This document shows, one piece after another, positions 20,783 through 30,723 of a stretch of DNA of 64,000 nt. The notes beneath the pieces are model-generated. The model was given only the letters and a program-made list of their open reading frames with translations. It did no database searches and had not been told where the DNA came from. A program made the translations under genes and the position numbers. This DNA is from Pirellulales bacterium. Its GTDB lineage: Bacteria > Planctomycetota > Planctomycetia > Pirellulales > UBA1268. Location of the stretch: assembly GCA_965249545.1 (NCBI GenBank), contig CBDFMH010000001.1, forward strand, positions 45 to 64,044, read 5' to 3'. Position 1 is the first letter of the stretch, and each line of letters begins with the position of its first letter.

Positions 20783-21370
20783 TCATCGGGGAGGCTGCAC
20801 AGCATTTCGTCCAACAGAAAAAGCGAGCTCTAGTTGTTCGTCACTTGTGTCCCCGCCCAGTTCCCGAAACATCATGCTGGGTTGAATGTCCCGATTGTGT
20901 TGGTACTTGTCACTTGAATATTCGGTGATCGCACCAGTGATCTGATGAAAGAATATTTGGCAAATGGGTACACCCGGATAAATCTTCACTGGTTGGACAG
21001 CAAACATTTCCAGCGTCCAGTATCCAGCAAAGCCAACATCACCAAATCCAGCAGTGACATGTACGAATAAACCAAGCCTGCCAATCGAACTACGCCCCTC
21101 AATCATTGGGACGAGATTGTGAGTCTCTGTTCGTTCAACAGTTCGCCCCAGATAAAGTTGATTGGGAGTTAGGACCAGACCCTCTTCTGGGATTTGCACT
21201 CGAGCCACTCGATTACTCTTTCGCATGTCGAGAACAATTTCTTCGTAGACAAGAAGTTCATCGTGAAGTGAAAGGTTGTAGCTGTTCGGGTTGAGCCTTT
21301 TGTCGTCAAATGGGTCGATATGAATATTGTCGCCAAGTTGCTTCCGGATCTCGTGGCCTGAGAGAATCAT
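20783..21370 (-). CDS. dcd: dCTP deaminase
   Basis: MILS, NPNSYNL, EGRSSIGRLGL, GFGDVGF.G.WTLE, ICQIFF. Confidence 0.93.
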   Translation of the reverse strand: MILSGHEIRKQLGDNIHIDPFDDKRLNPNSYNLSLHDELLVYEEIVLDMRKSNRVARVQIPEEGLVLTPNQLYLGRTVERTETHNLVPMIEGRSSIGRLGLFVHVTAGFGDVGFAGYWTLEMFAVQPVKIYPGVPICQIFFHQITGAITEYSSDKYQHNRDIQPSMMFRELGGDTSDEQLELAFSVGRNAVQPPR

Positions 21371-21493
21371 TCGGGTTTTCCTTGCAAAGTGCGATGGCTT
21401 AATCCGCAGCCAAATGGGAGGAAAAATTTTTCCAAGAACCCAGACAACAAAGATTGTAAGGATTTGATGAGAAAATGTCTCAAAAAAATCATA

Positions 21494-22264
21494 TCACCGA
21501 GAATTTTTCAGATGCCTTGGGAGTCCCGCTCGTGGGCAAAGGTCTTCAAGTCCACATCCGGCACAGCGAGGTTTGCGAGCAAGGCAGGTGCCTCTGCCAT
21601 GCTGAATCAAACGATGGCTAATGGCGACCCAGTGGTTTCGTGGAATTTCCCGTACAAGGTCCCGCTCTGCCCGAACGGCATCTTTTGCTTTTGTCAGGGC
21701 AAGTCGACGAGAAATACGACCTACGTGTGTATCAACAACAACACCCTCAGCCAAACCAAAAGCGCTGCCGAGGACGACGTTCGCCGTTTTTCGGCCAACT
21801 CCCGGCAGGGATGTCAGTTCTTCAACCGTTTGAGGAACCTTTCCGTCGAATTGATCAACGAGTTTGCGACAGCAACCCTGGATGTTTTTGGCCTTCGCTC
21901 GAAAGAATCCCGTTGTTTTTACAGCATTTTCAAGTTCTGGAATGCTCGCTGCTGCCATTTTGTGAGGGTTTGGCCACCGTTTGAATAAATCTCGAGTCAC
22001 TAGATTGACCCGTTTGTCTGTGCATTGGGCCGACAAAATTGTGGCAATGAGAAGTTCGAAGGGATTTCGAAACCTGAGTGAGCAGTCTGCGTCAGGATAG
22101 AGTTCTTCAAGGCGATCTACAATTTGGAGGGTGCGTTCCCTTCGTTGTAGCCGTGATTCCCTGCTTGGCACGATATGGGGGCGTGGGTTCTCCGAAGACG
22201 CTGGTGATGTCGATTTCGCTCTCATTTCAAGCTTCAGAGTACCATGAGGCTTCGCTCTCGCCAT
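21494..22264 (-). CDS. nth: Endonuclease III
   Basis: LLIATILSAQCTD, HhH motif LPGVGRKTANVV, VDTHV, Fe-S motif CLARKPRCAGCGLEDLC. Confidence 0.96.
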   Translation of the reverse strand: MARAKPHGTLKLEMRAKSTSPASSENPRPHIVPSRESRLQRRERTLQIVDRLEELYPDADCSLRFRNPFELLIATILSAQCTDKRVNLVTRDLFKRWPNPHKMAAASIPELENAVKTTGFFRAKAKNIQGCCRKLVDQFDGKVPQTVEELTSLPGVGRKTANVVLGSAFGLAEGVVVDTHVGRISRRLALTKAKDAVRAERDLVREIPRNHWVAISHRLIQHGRGTCLARKPRCAGCGLEDLCPRAGLPRHLKNSR

Positions 22265-22329
22265 GTCGATGCTAGGATTTCAGTAGTTGCAAGGCGATCG
22301 GTGTTGTGGTTGCTTCCTTGGGAGGTCCA

Positions 22330-22758
22330 ATGGACTGTGAATTGGTTGATCCTTCAGAATATGATCCGCTTTATTTGGCGGGTGTAGTTAAATTCAACGA
22401 GTGCGACTACTACGAATGCCATGAGGTCTGGGAAGAGCTGTGGACGGAGTACCGTGGTCCATCAAGAAAGTTCTACCAAGGTCTTATTCAAGCGGCTGTT
22501 GCCTTGTACCACTTTGGTAATGGCAATATTCGGGGTGCTCGAAAGCTACATGGCAGCGTGCACGGGTATCTTGATCCATACGGCTCTTATTATCTTGGAC
22601 TGCACCTTGATACATTCTTTGAAGCTTTTGATGAGTGTTTAAAAGAAGTTGCCGCAAGCACCGAGAACTTTCCAAAGATCGACCTCGACCCTGAGACACT
22701 GCCAGAAATTCACCTTGATCCGCCACCCTTAGTTGACGGAGGCGATACAGATGAATGA
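22330..22758 (+). CDS. DUF309 family protein
   Basis: FN..DYYECHEVWEELW...FYQGLIQAAVALYH...GN..GA signature; GGAGG SD before ATG 22330. Confidence 0.85.
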   Translation: MDCELVDPSEYDPLYLAGVVKFNECDYYECHEVWEELWTEYRGPSRKFYQGLIQAAVALYHFGNGNIRGARKLHGSVHGYLDPYGSYYLGLHLDTFFEAFDECLKEVAASTENFPKIDLDPETLPEIHLDPPPLVDGGDTDE

Positions 22759-23446
22759 CGACTCTCTCGCATTCTCTCCGGACGATTTTTCGGGATTCGC
22801 ACGTCTATTCCCACTTCCGAATCTTGTTATGTTTCCACACGTGATGCAAGCCATGCATATCTTTGAACCTCGATACCGATCGTTGTTCGAAGAGGCAATC
22901 TCCGATGATCAGCTCATTGCCTTAGGTGTCTTAGCGCAAGGCTGGGAGGTTGATTATGAGGGCCGTCCTGCTCTTGAACCGATGGCATGTCTTTGTCGGA
23001 TAGCAACGTATCAGCGAACGCCGGAAGGAACCTACAATGTTTTGCTTCTGGGAGTTCGTCGAATTCAACTTCAGGAAGAGTTGCCACCAACCAAGCCTTT
23101 TCGAGTTGCAGAGGCTACGATCGTTGAAGACCACGTGCCTTCGCATTCCTCAGCAGAAGAAATTGTAGGTCTGCAACAGCAGCTGTTAATGGCATTCAAA
23201 CGTTCCATGCCAAAAATTCCTACTTCGTATGAGCAGGTTGATGAACTTCTTGGCAGCCAAATTACACTCGGGATGCTGGCTGATATTGTCGCCTATACGG
23301 CTGAGTTGAATTCGAGCACAAAGCTTTCACTCCTGAAGACGAACAATGTGGTCGACCGCGTTCACGTTCTATTGAACGCACTGAGTAAAAGTAGTCAGTC
23401 GTCTAAAGCTCGGCGAACGTTCCCACCAGCTTTTAGCATGAACTGA
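22751..23446 (+). CDS. Stand-alone Lon protease N-terminal (substrate-binding) domain protein
   Basis: LFPLPNLVMFP...HIFEPRYR, GTYNVLLLGVRR; no ATPase or protease domain; overlaps the DUF309 stop. Confidence 0.88.
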   Translation: MNDDSLAFSPDDFSGFARLFPLPNLVMFPHVMQAMHIFEPRYRSLFEEAISDDQLIALGVLAQGWEVDYEGRPALEPMACLCRIATYQRTPEGTYNVLLLGVRRIQLQEELPPTKPFRVAEATIVEDHVPSHSSAEEIVGLQQQLLMAFKRSMPKIPTSYEQVDELLGSQITLGMLADIVAYTAELNSSTKLSLLKTNNVVDRVHVLLNALSKSSQSSKARRTFPPAFSMN

Positions 23447-23648
23447 CTTTATGCGGTGTTCGTAACTCTATTCAAAGCTTAGGCAAAAAGTGGAGCTATG
23501 TTGCCCGCAATAGGAAAAGGAATGAAACGTTGGTTCCGTCGAGCTTTTGGAAGGAGAAAAGTTCCTCTGTTTTTACTTCAAATGAGGATGAGCTGCGTTT
23601 TGTCAAAAGAGTGACAGATTTTGAACAGTTAGGTGCTAAACTTAGGAA

Positions 23649-24281
23649 ATGAGCAAGAGCCGCAAAGAATTGGATGAACTCGCGTCAAGCACCTGCCAGC
23701 AGGCAGGTGCCACTCAAGTAGTTGATCATCAAAGAATAGAGGCTGCTGTTCGGGAAATTCTTGCTGCAGTGGGTGAAGATCCAGAACGTGAAGGTTTGCT
23801 TGAAACACCGGCTCGTGTTGCTCGCATGTATGCGGAAATGTTCAGTGGATTACATGATGATCCTCGGCGCCATTTGGGAAAGGCATTCACTGAGAAATAC
23901 GATGAACTTGTCTTAGTTCGTGATATTGCTTTCCACAGTATGTGTGAGCATCATTTATTGCCTTTTATGGGGCATGCACACATTGGATACATACCAGATG
24001 GTCGCGTGCTGGGGCTCAGTAAGCTGGCAAGGGTGGTTGAGGCAGTGTCCCATAAGCCGCAGGTTCAAGAGCGTATGACAGAACAAATTGCTGATTTGTT
24101 AGAGCATGATCTTGGGGCGAAAGGAGTTGCTGTTGTTCTAGAGGCTTCGCACACATGCATGACGATTCGGGGTGTACGGAAACCTGGGAGTCTTTGTGTG
24201 ACTTCAGCCATAAAAGGAGTTTTCCGAGACAATGTCTCCAGCCGAGCTGAAGTTATGTCACTTATCAATGGGAAGAATTGA
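23649..24281 (+). CDS. folE: GTP cyclohydrolase I
   Basis: [48 protein letters not shown]. Confidence 0.97.
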   Translation: MSKSRKELDELASSTCQQAGATQVVDHQRIEAAVREILAAVGEDPEREGLLETPARVARMYAEMFSGLHDDPRRHLGKAFTEKYDELVLVRDIAFHSMCEHHLLPFMGHAHIGYIPDGRVLGLSKLARVVEAVSHKPQVQERMTEQIADLLEHDLGAKGVAVVLEASHTCMTIRGVRKPGSLCVTSAIKGVFRDNVSSRAEVMSLINGKN

Positions 24282-24378
24282 GTTGTGCTTTGGTTGGTGT
24301 GCGATGGGTTGTCGTTGCGTGGTGACTCCACGAGGTGTTCTTTTCGAGCAACTTTCGTAACACGGTGAATCAACAGAT

Positions 24379-25227
24379 ATGACCCTGCTTGTAGATTTTC
24401 TTTGTCGCTTTAGTTTCGGGCTCGCATTCGGGCTGTGCATGACTCCAGCGACGCTTGTTCCAGGTGGTTTTTTTCGAGTGAATACGCTTGTATTACTCGG
24501 TCTTACGACGTTTGCTGCACTGCTGTCATCAACACTTGGTTTGTTTGCAAACACATGGCTTTTGGCCGCCGCAGCGATTGTTTCATGGATCGGAAGTGTG
24601 TTGTGGTACGCAGATCGTCGCTGGCCAGGTCTTTTTTGCTGTGGTGTCGCCGCGACGCTCTGTGCTGCCGCCACGGCTCTTACTGGTGAATTAGCAGTTG
24701 CCCAAGTTGGGCTGCGAATGCTTTCAGGCTGTTTGATTGGCTTTACAGTCAACGCGATGCTTCTCGGGCACTGGTACCTTAATGCGCCTGGTATGCGGGT
24801 GGATGTGCTCCGTCGATCAATTGATCAGACACTTTTCGTATGGGGGCTCTTGTCGTTTCTTGTTGTGGCAATGGCCATCTGGCAGTTTGGGGCCATCGAA
24901 GACCGTAGCGATACGGTATCGACCAATATTTTTCGAGCGGTGACTGCGGCTACCTCTGGCGTTGATGGAGGTCTTGATTCAACAGGCGTGGCGTTGTTCT
25001 GGCTTCGCTGGCTAGCGGGACTCATTGGGCTTCCAATTCTTTTACTCATGAGTCGTATGACCTTAGATATACCGAACACACAAAGTGCAACAGGAATTCT
25101 TTACGTGGCATGCTTAGCGGTTATTTTGGGTGAATTGACTGCTCAGCTTCTTGGGATGACAGTGAGGGTTGAAAGTCCTGTTGCGCAACCGGCTCAACAG
25201 AAAATATGGAGTGAGAGTACAGCATGA
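24379..25227 (+). CDS. Polytopic membrane protein with MLLGHWYL and QSATGILY motifs
   Basis: About 8 hydrophobic segments; overlaps next gene (ATGA). Resemblance to DmsC-like anchors is inference only. Confidence 0.75.
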   Translation: MTLLVDFLCRFSFGLAFGLCMTPATLVPGGFFRVNTLVLLGLTTFAALLSSTLGLFANTWLLAAAAIVSWIGSVLWYADRRWPGLFCCGVAATLCAAATALTGELAVAQVGLRMLSGCLIGFTVNAMLLGHWYLNAPGMRVDVLRRSIDQTLFVWGLLSFLVVAMAIWQFGAIEDRSDTVSTNIFRAVTAATSGVDGGLDSTGVALFWLRWLAGLIGLPILLLMSRMTLDIPNTQSATGILYVACLAVILGELTAQLLGMTVRVESPVAQPAQQKIWSESTA

Positions 25228-25712
25228 ATATTGTGTGTGCGTGTCCTGCCTGTCACACGGGTATGTATCAGACGGCTATTGAAGATGCTTCGTCGGTCAC
25301 ATGTCCAGCATGTGGCCAGAGTGTTGCTATTCCCCAAGGGGCGATTCAGGTTGCCGAACAAAATGCTCACCCGCGACTTATTCGATGTGTGGTCTGTCCT
25401 AGCACGGAGTTGTTTGTAAGAAAAAACTTTCCACAGCGACTTGGCATTGCGATTGTTGTTGTTGGGCTTGCCGCGAGCTGCATTGCTTGGGGCTACCGAG
25501 ACTTATTTTGGACGTTTGGCATTCTCTTTAGTACAGCATTGCTCGATGTAATTCTGTTCTTTGTTGTCCCCGATTGCCTGACATGTTATCGCTGCGGCGC
25601 ACGATATACTGGCACCGATGGAATGGGTGAGTTTGGGAATTTCAATCTTGAGACTCATGAGAAGTATCGGCAGCAAGCTGCGAGAAGTCGGCAATCTACT
25701 CTTCCATCCTGA
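25224..25712 (+). CDS. Membrane protein with multiple CxxC Zn-ribbon motifs
   Basis: CPAC, CPACG, CVVC, two TM helices, CYRCG; translationally coupled to the upstream gene. Confidence 0.75.
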   Translation: MNIVCACPACHTGMYQTAIEDASSVTCPACGQSVAIPQGAIQVAEQNAHPRLIRCVVCPSTELFVRKNFPQRLGIAIVVVGLAASCIAWGYRDLFWTFGILFSTALLDVILFFVVPDCLTCYRCGARYTGTDGMGEFGNFNLETHEKYRQQAARSRQSTLPS

Positions 25713-25966
25713 GCAAGTTGGTAAATACGTAAGGATTAGAAATGCACTATGACTCAACTTGGGTTGAATGGGTGCAGCGGAAGACCTAAGGGGCGTCATT
25801 GAGAGCAATGTCGATTTGACGATGCGGGAAAAAACGAAAGCTAATAAATCATCCTGGTGCGTGTTCGGCTGTAGTGTCTGAATTTGTGCCATCAGCATCT
25901 ACTGTCGTAAACTCTATGAAGAGAGTCTGATTCGAAGTGGTGCAAGAACGAGGCTTGCGGAAAAAC

Positions 25967-26251
25967 ATGGTAGAGAGCGATAGCCAACTGAAATCAGGAA
26001 CTGCCGTGGGTGAAGTTTCTGTAAAACTTTTTGCTGGTGTTGCTGAGTTAGCCGGCGTGAAAGAGCTACGAGTACCTGTTAAGCATTTTACGGTAGCAGA
26101 GGTTCGTCGTGCCCTCGAGATCAAGTTTCCACAGCTAACCCCACTGTTGTCTCGAAGCGCTATTGCCGTTGATGGTCGCTATGCAACGGAAGACGAGTTG
26201 CTTTGTTCGGATTCAGAAATTGCTATCATTCCGCCAGTTAGTGGAGGTTAG
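25967..26251 (+). CDS. moaD: Molybdopterin synthase sulfur carrier subunit
   Basis: VKLFA...IAIIPPVSGG, ending in C-terminal Gly-Gly; adjacent to moaE and moaA. Confidence 0.9.
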   Translation: MVESDSQLKSGTAVGEVSVKLFAGVAELAGVKELRVPVKHFTVAEVRRALEIKFPQLTPLLSRSAIAVDGRYATEDELLCSDSEIAIIPPVSGG

Positions 26252-26255
26252 GTGG

Positions 26256-26732
26256 ATGCTGCAGGTTGATCTCACGGATGATCCGATTGATGTGTCACAC
26301 ATGCTCTCACGTGTTGCAAGCAAACGTGCAGGAGCGGCTGTGTTATTTACGGGCACGACACGGCAAGAGACGGATGGTCTTACGACAGACTGGCTTGAGT
26401 ATGACGCATATAGACCATTGGCTAGAAGAGAACTAGCTCGGCTGTACGAACAAGCTGTTCGCAGATTTCAAATAGTGAAATGTTCGATCGTACACAGGCT
26501 CGGTAAGGTCTCCGTTGGTGAAGTAAGTGTTGCCATTGCTGTTTCCGCAGTCCACCGAGCCGAGGCGTTTGCTTCAGCATCATGGCTTATGGGCCGGATT
26601 AAGGCAGACGTGCCGATATGGAAGCGACAGGTCAATGATTCCGAAGCTTTTTGGGTTCACCCAGAAAATAGTGACATGCTAGCCAGAAATTCCGGTCGGT
26701 GTTCACAGGAGCCTTTTGATGAGTTGTCCTGA
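26256..26732 (+). CDS. moaE: Molybdopterin synthase catalytic subunit
   Basis: GAAVLFTGTTR, LEYDAY, HRLG, SAVHRAEAF, IKADVPIWK. Confidence 0.93.
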   Translation: MLQVDLTDDPIDVSHMLSRVASKRAGAAVLFTGTTRQETDGLTTDWLEYDAYRPLARRELARLYEQAVRRFQIVKCSIVHRLGKVSVGEVSVAIAVSAVHRAEAFASASWLMGRIKADVPIWKRQVNDSEAFWVHPENSDMLARNSGRCSQEPFDELS

Positions 26733-27744
26733 TAGAGCCTTCGGTGTTCCCATCAAGAAAAGTCTTGTTGATCAATTTGGTCGGTCTCATACGGATCTAC
26801 GAATTAGTGTGACAGACCGATGTAATCTTCGGTGCGGGTACTGCATGCCACTTGAAGTGTCTTTTATGAGTCAACAAAAACTGTTGACGTATGACGAAGT
26901 AGTACGATGTGCCAGTGTCGCGTCTAAAATGGGGGTTCAGACAATTCGTTTAACGGGCGGTGAGCCTTTGATGCGACCCAAGCTCTATCAGCTTGTTGAG
27001 CAGTTGACTCAGTTACCAAAAATTGAAGAAGTTGCGATTACTACCAATGGCTTGCTTCTGGCAGACCAGGCTGCTGGTCTAGCCAAGGCAGGGTTGTCTC
27101 GGCTGAATGTCAGTCTCGACAGTCTTGATGAAGCTCGTTTTGAAAAACTGGCACGTCGTTCTGGCCTTCAGCAAATTCTTGAGGGACTTGAAGAGGCGAG
27201 TCGGCAAGGGTTTCAGTCAATTCGCATCAATGCGGTGTCGATTCGTGGATTAACGGAGGAAGACATTATCCCGTTAGCCGAATTTTGTCGGAAGCATTGT
27301 TTTCACCTGCGGTTTATTGAATTTATGCCACTCGACGCAGAAGATGCATGGTCTCATGAGGACGTTCTGACGGGAAGAGAGGTTCGCCAAATACTCGAAA
27401 TGCATTTAGGCAAACTGTCAAAGAACAATGAGGACGATCCAGGCCAGCCCTCGATTGACTATACTTATGCTGATGGCAGTGGTGTTGTTGGATTTATCGA
27501 TCCGGTTTCTCAGCCGTTCTGCGATCGCTGTGACAGGTTGCGGCTTACCGCGGATGGTCAATTTCGTAACTGTCTTTTTTCAACTACTGACTGGGATGCT
27601 CGGGCTCTGCTCAGAGAGGGTGGAACAGACGACGAACTCCAGGGTCTTTTGGCAGCGTGCGTGGGTGCGAAACACTTTTCGCATGGTATTGGCACGGAAT
27701 CTTTTCAGAGGCCAACGCGAGCTATGTACCAAATTGGAGGGTGA
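26719..27744 (+). CDS. moaA: GTP 3',8-cyclase (radical SAM)
   Basis: LRISVTDRCNLRCGYCMP, RLTGGEP, RFIEFMP, FCDRCDRLRLTADG..RNC, C-terminal MYQIGG. Confidence 0.96.
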   Translation: MSCPDRAFGVPIKKSLVDQFGRSHTDLRISVTDRCNLRCGYCMPLEVSFMSQQKLLTYDEVVRCASVASKMGVQTIRLTGGEPLMRPKLYQLVEQLTQLPKIEEVAITTNGLLLADQAAGLAKAGLSRLNVSLDSLDEARFEKLARRSGLQQILEGLEEASRQGFQSIRINAVSIRGLTEEDIIPLAEFCRKHCFHLRFIEFMPLDAEDAWSHEDVLTGREVRQILEMHLGKLSKNNEDDPGQPSIDYTYADGSGVVGFIDPVSQPFCDRCDRLRLTADGQFRNCLFSTTDWDARALLREGGTDDELQGLLAACVGAKHFSHGIGTESFQRPTRAMYQIGG

Positions 27745-27777
27745 CGGCCGGTGGAATGACACCGCGGCAACAAACGA

Positions 27778-28947
27778 GTGAATAACGAACATAACCATCC
27801 ACAAAGGCGATATCTTGATAACGCGGCGACTACGTGGCCTAAGCCAGAGGTGGTTTGGAAGGCGTGGGAGCAGGCAGCTAGAGAAAATGGTGTAGCAGTT
27901 GGAAGAGGTGCATATCGAGAGGCATTAACGGCAGGAAATCTTATTCACCAGCTACGTCTGGAAGTCGCATCCTTGCTCGGTGTTTCACCAGAAAGAATCT
28001 GCCTGCCGGTATCAGCGACCTTTGGGTTGAATCAGGCAATTCATGGTGTTGTTACGTCTGGTACTCATGTCATTGCAACTGCGGCTGACCATAACGCAAC
28101 TCTTCGACCACTTCATTATCTAAAGGAAAAAGGTCGCATCCATTTAACGGTTGTTTCGTGTGATGGACGAGGTTGGGTTGATCCGGACGACATTGTCCGG
28201 GCATGGCAGCCGAATACAAGCCTTGTAACCCTGTCACACTCATCAAATGTTACAGGTGTTACCCAAGATGTTGAATCAATCGTAAAAGTTGCACGAGAAC
28301 GAGAAGCACTTTCACTGCTTGATGCTTCTCAATCGCTTGGTCATGTTGCATTCTCTCAATATGAGTCGATGGCCGACATTGTTGTCTCACCTGGCCACAA
28401 GTGGCTGATGGGAATGCACGGAATAGCTGTACTCTATGCAAGACAAGGAATTCAGTTTGATCCACTGATCCAAGGTGGTACAGGCTCAACGAGTGAATCT
28501 CTTGAAATGCCCGTCGAAATGCAGGATCAAGTTGAGGTGGGAACCTTAGACTTCCCCGCGGCCGCAGCACTACTCGCTGGGTGCAGGTGGCTCAAAGATG
28601 AGAGATTGGAATCAGTTGCAGCCGCTTGCAAGGGTTACGCTCAAGCGTGCTATGATGGGTTGTGCGATATTCCGGGAGTTCGTGTGATAACTCCTGATCC
28701 AACTTCAGGTGTTTTAGGTCCGCCGATTATCAGTATGGTCTGTGATGGGTATTCACCAGTTGAGGTCGCTGCCTTATTTGAACAGATTGCGGGTGTTCAG
28801 GTGCGTTCTGGATACCACTGTGCTGCTCGCATTCATGAATTTCTCGGGACCACCAAAGGCGGAACCGTTCGTATTTCGTTCGGTCCTTTTAGCGGTATCA
28901 GAGATGTTGAAGCTGTTGTCTCGGTAACAAAGAAGATAATGCTGTAG
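27778..28947 (+). CDS. Cysteine desulfurase-like PLP enzyme (aminotransferase class V)
   Basis: YLDNAATTWPKP, HNA, SNVTG, DASQS, PGHKWL (PLP Lys), VRSGYHCA (persulfide Cys). Confidence 0.88.
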   Translation: MNNEHNHPQRRYLDNAATTWPKPEVVWKAWEQAARENGVAVGRGAYREALTAGNLIHQLRLEVASLLGVSPERICLPVSATFGLNQAIHGVVTSGTHVIATAADHNATLRPLHYLKEKGRIHLTVVSCDGRGWVDPDDIVRAWQPNTSLVTLSHSSNVTGVTQDVESIVKVAREREALSLLDASQSLGHVAFSQYESMADIVVSPGHKWLMGMHGIAVLYARQGIQFDPLIQGGTGSTSESLEMPVEMQDQVEVGTLDFPAAAALLAGCRWLKDERLESVAAACKGYAQACYDGLCDIPGVRVITPDPTSGVLGPPIISMVCDGYSPVEVAALFEQIAGVQVRSGYHCAARIHEFLGTTKGGTVRISFGPFSGIRDVEAVVSVTKKIML

Positions 28948-28975
28948 AGTGCAGGGTGGTAAAAGGAGGTGTTGT

Positions 28976-29401
28976 ATGGCAGGGAAAAAAAATGACGTCT
29001 GGTATTCAAAGGGTCTTCGCTTTGAATGCTCGCAATGCGGGGACTGTTGTACCGGCGCGGAGGGGTATGTCTGGGTCAATCAGGCCGAGATCGATGCAAT
29101 GTCAGCGCGTATGCAAATGACTCCTGAGGTTTTCGAGAAACAATTCGTTAGACGTGTAGGTGTTCGACGGTCGCTCACAGAAAGGCCCGGAGGGGATTGT
29201 GTGCTCCTTGATGCTGAAACACGTGGTTGTACGGTCTACGAAGATCGGCCTCGTCAGTGTCGCACCTGGCCGTTCTGGAATTCCAATCTCAAATCTGAGG
29301 CGGCGTGGGACGAGGCGGCTGAGAGTTGTCCAGGCTGCAATCAAGGTGATCTTGTGCCGCTTGAGCAAATACAAGAACAAGCTGCGCGGATTCGCATTTA
29401 A
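28976..29401 (+). CDS. YkgJ-family Cys-cluster (Zn/Fe-S) protein
   Basis: FECSQCGDCC, DCVLLD..CTVYEDRPRQCRTWPFW, CPG; AGGAGG SD. Confidence 0.88.
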   Translation: MAGKKNDVWYSKGLRFECSQCGDCCTGAEGYVWVNQAEIDAMSARMQMTPEVFEKQFVRRVGVRRSLTERPGGDCVLLDAETRGCTVYEDRPRQCRTWPFWNSNLKSEAAWDEAAESCPGCNQGDLVPLEQIQEQAARIRI

Positions 29402-29510
29402 TAAACCAAGGTGCCTTTTACAGGGCCCCACAGCAACTGGCTGATTCACTGCGGCTGATTGGTAGAGAGGGCCATCGGAGTCGTGCCCCGAGTTTTTTCA
29501 GCGTCTTCTA

Positions 29511-29768
29511 CTAGAGAACGCCACCGTGTGTCCGGTATGGGGTCATGTGAGACGGTTGGTCAAGGAACCAGATGCGTTCCCATTCATCAGTAATCGCCCG
29601 AAGATCTTCCGAGGTGTAGATTAATTCCTGAGCTCTCCGAATAGGGTCACCGGAATACATAGGAATGAGACATCCCGTGTTTGTTGCTACGAGAATTCCT
29701 ATGACCAATGCAATGATAAATTTCAGGCCGATATCCCACGTACCACTACGGGTATTGCTGGTATTCAT
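29511..29768 (-). CDS. Small putative lipoprotein of a planctomycete-typical family
   Basis: Hydrophobic signal ending NTGC (lipobox-like), then YSGDP.RR..ELIYTSEDLR.I.DEWERIWFLDQPSHMTP.RTHGG. Confidence 0.7.
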   Translation of the reverse strand: MNTSNTRSGTWDIGLKFIIALVIGILVATNTGCLIPMYSGDPIRRAQELIYTSEDLRAITDEWERIWFLDQPSHMTPYRTHGGVL

Positions 29769-30048
29769 CGCGCCGCGCTCCCTGTATCAGTTATGTCGTT
29801 TGTCTCAGTCGGATACGTAAGTTCTTCACACAAATAATTGTTTTTTGTTCTGAATAAAGCAGAAATATTCCGGTGGTTACCTATTGACCATCGACTGGAT
29901 TCTTCAAGAGTCTTTCTCTGAGTACTATTTACCGAGCAAGACATTTCAGTGCGATGGTAAAATTTTTCAAACCGATATGTATGTTGAAATAGGCACGTAT
30001 CTGCTCTGTAATCTGTCACTAAAACAGCTTCTCGGTAGAATATGGGCT

Positions 30049-30345
30049 CTAGGGAGATTGTGGCTCGTCGAGTTTTCTGACCCGTGCTTCCATCTCCTTG
30101 CCCGGCTTGAAACTCACAAAAGACCGTGGTGGGACGTTCACGGCATCGCCCGTTCGAGGGTTTCTGGCAACCCGACCACCTCTTCGCTTGATTTGAAATA
30201 CCCCAAAATTCCGAAGCTCGATCCGGCCCTCTTTGACCAGTGCGTTTATGAGTGCGTCGAATGTGGTTTGAACCGCCTCCTGAGCTTTCGCTTTTGGGAG
30301 GTCTAACCGCTCGGAAATTGTTCGGACAATATCTTGTTTGGTCAC
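30049..30345 (-). CDS. IHF/HU-family DNA-binding protein
   Basis: MTKQDIV...GRIELRNFGVF...ARNPRTG...FKPGKEM; GTG start with GGAG SD. Confidence 0.93.
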   Translation of the reverse strand: MTKQDIVRTISERLDLPKAKAQEAVQTTFDALINALVKEGRIELRNFGVFQIKRRGGRVARNPRTGDAVNVPPRSFVSFKPGKEMEARVRKLDEPQSP

Positions 30346-30723
30346 GACTCTGACACTCCAGTCGTGGAGTTAGGGCCGAAAATGGCCGTTTAAACCCCAT
30401 GTGGACGGGCCAGTCGGCATCTGTGTCGAGAATTCGTGTCCGTCCGGTAGGAACCATAATGGGGCTTTAGTCGTGATGTCAACGAGGATTGGGATTTTGT
30501 GAAAAATGTGGCACTCGCCTCTTTCATCTCTCATATCGGCCTAAAAATCGGTAGTCTTGAACTAGATCATATATCCGGAAGAAAAATTAAATCTTACCTG
30601 TTTTTCCTATTTGACGGAGCCGTTGGCAGTTTGCCCCTGCGGTACACTGATTGAGTGGCGTGGACTGATAGGTTTCAGTTTTTCAGCCATCATCGAGGTC
30701 CCCTTACCATTTAAAATAAGACG

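Noticed and set aside
19105-21988. Long antisense ORFs opposite aspS and nth (and many similar ones across the window)
   Set aside because: Typical reverse-strand shadows of conserved genes.
25713-25966. Possible Moco riboswitch upstream of moaD
   Set aside because: Only a short GACCTAAG resemblance; the conserved multi-stem core and SD-containing hairpin could not be found.
29765-30457. 230-aa minus-strand ORF overlapping the IHF/HU gene
   Set aside because: Alternative-frame shadow of a clearly real gene, with no domain features.
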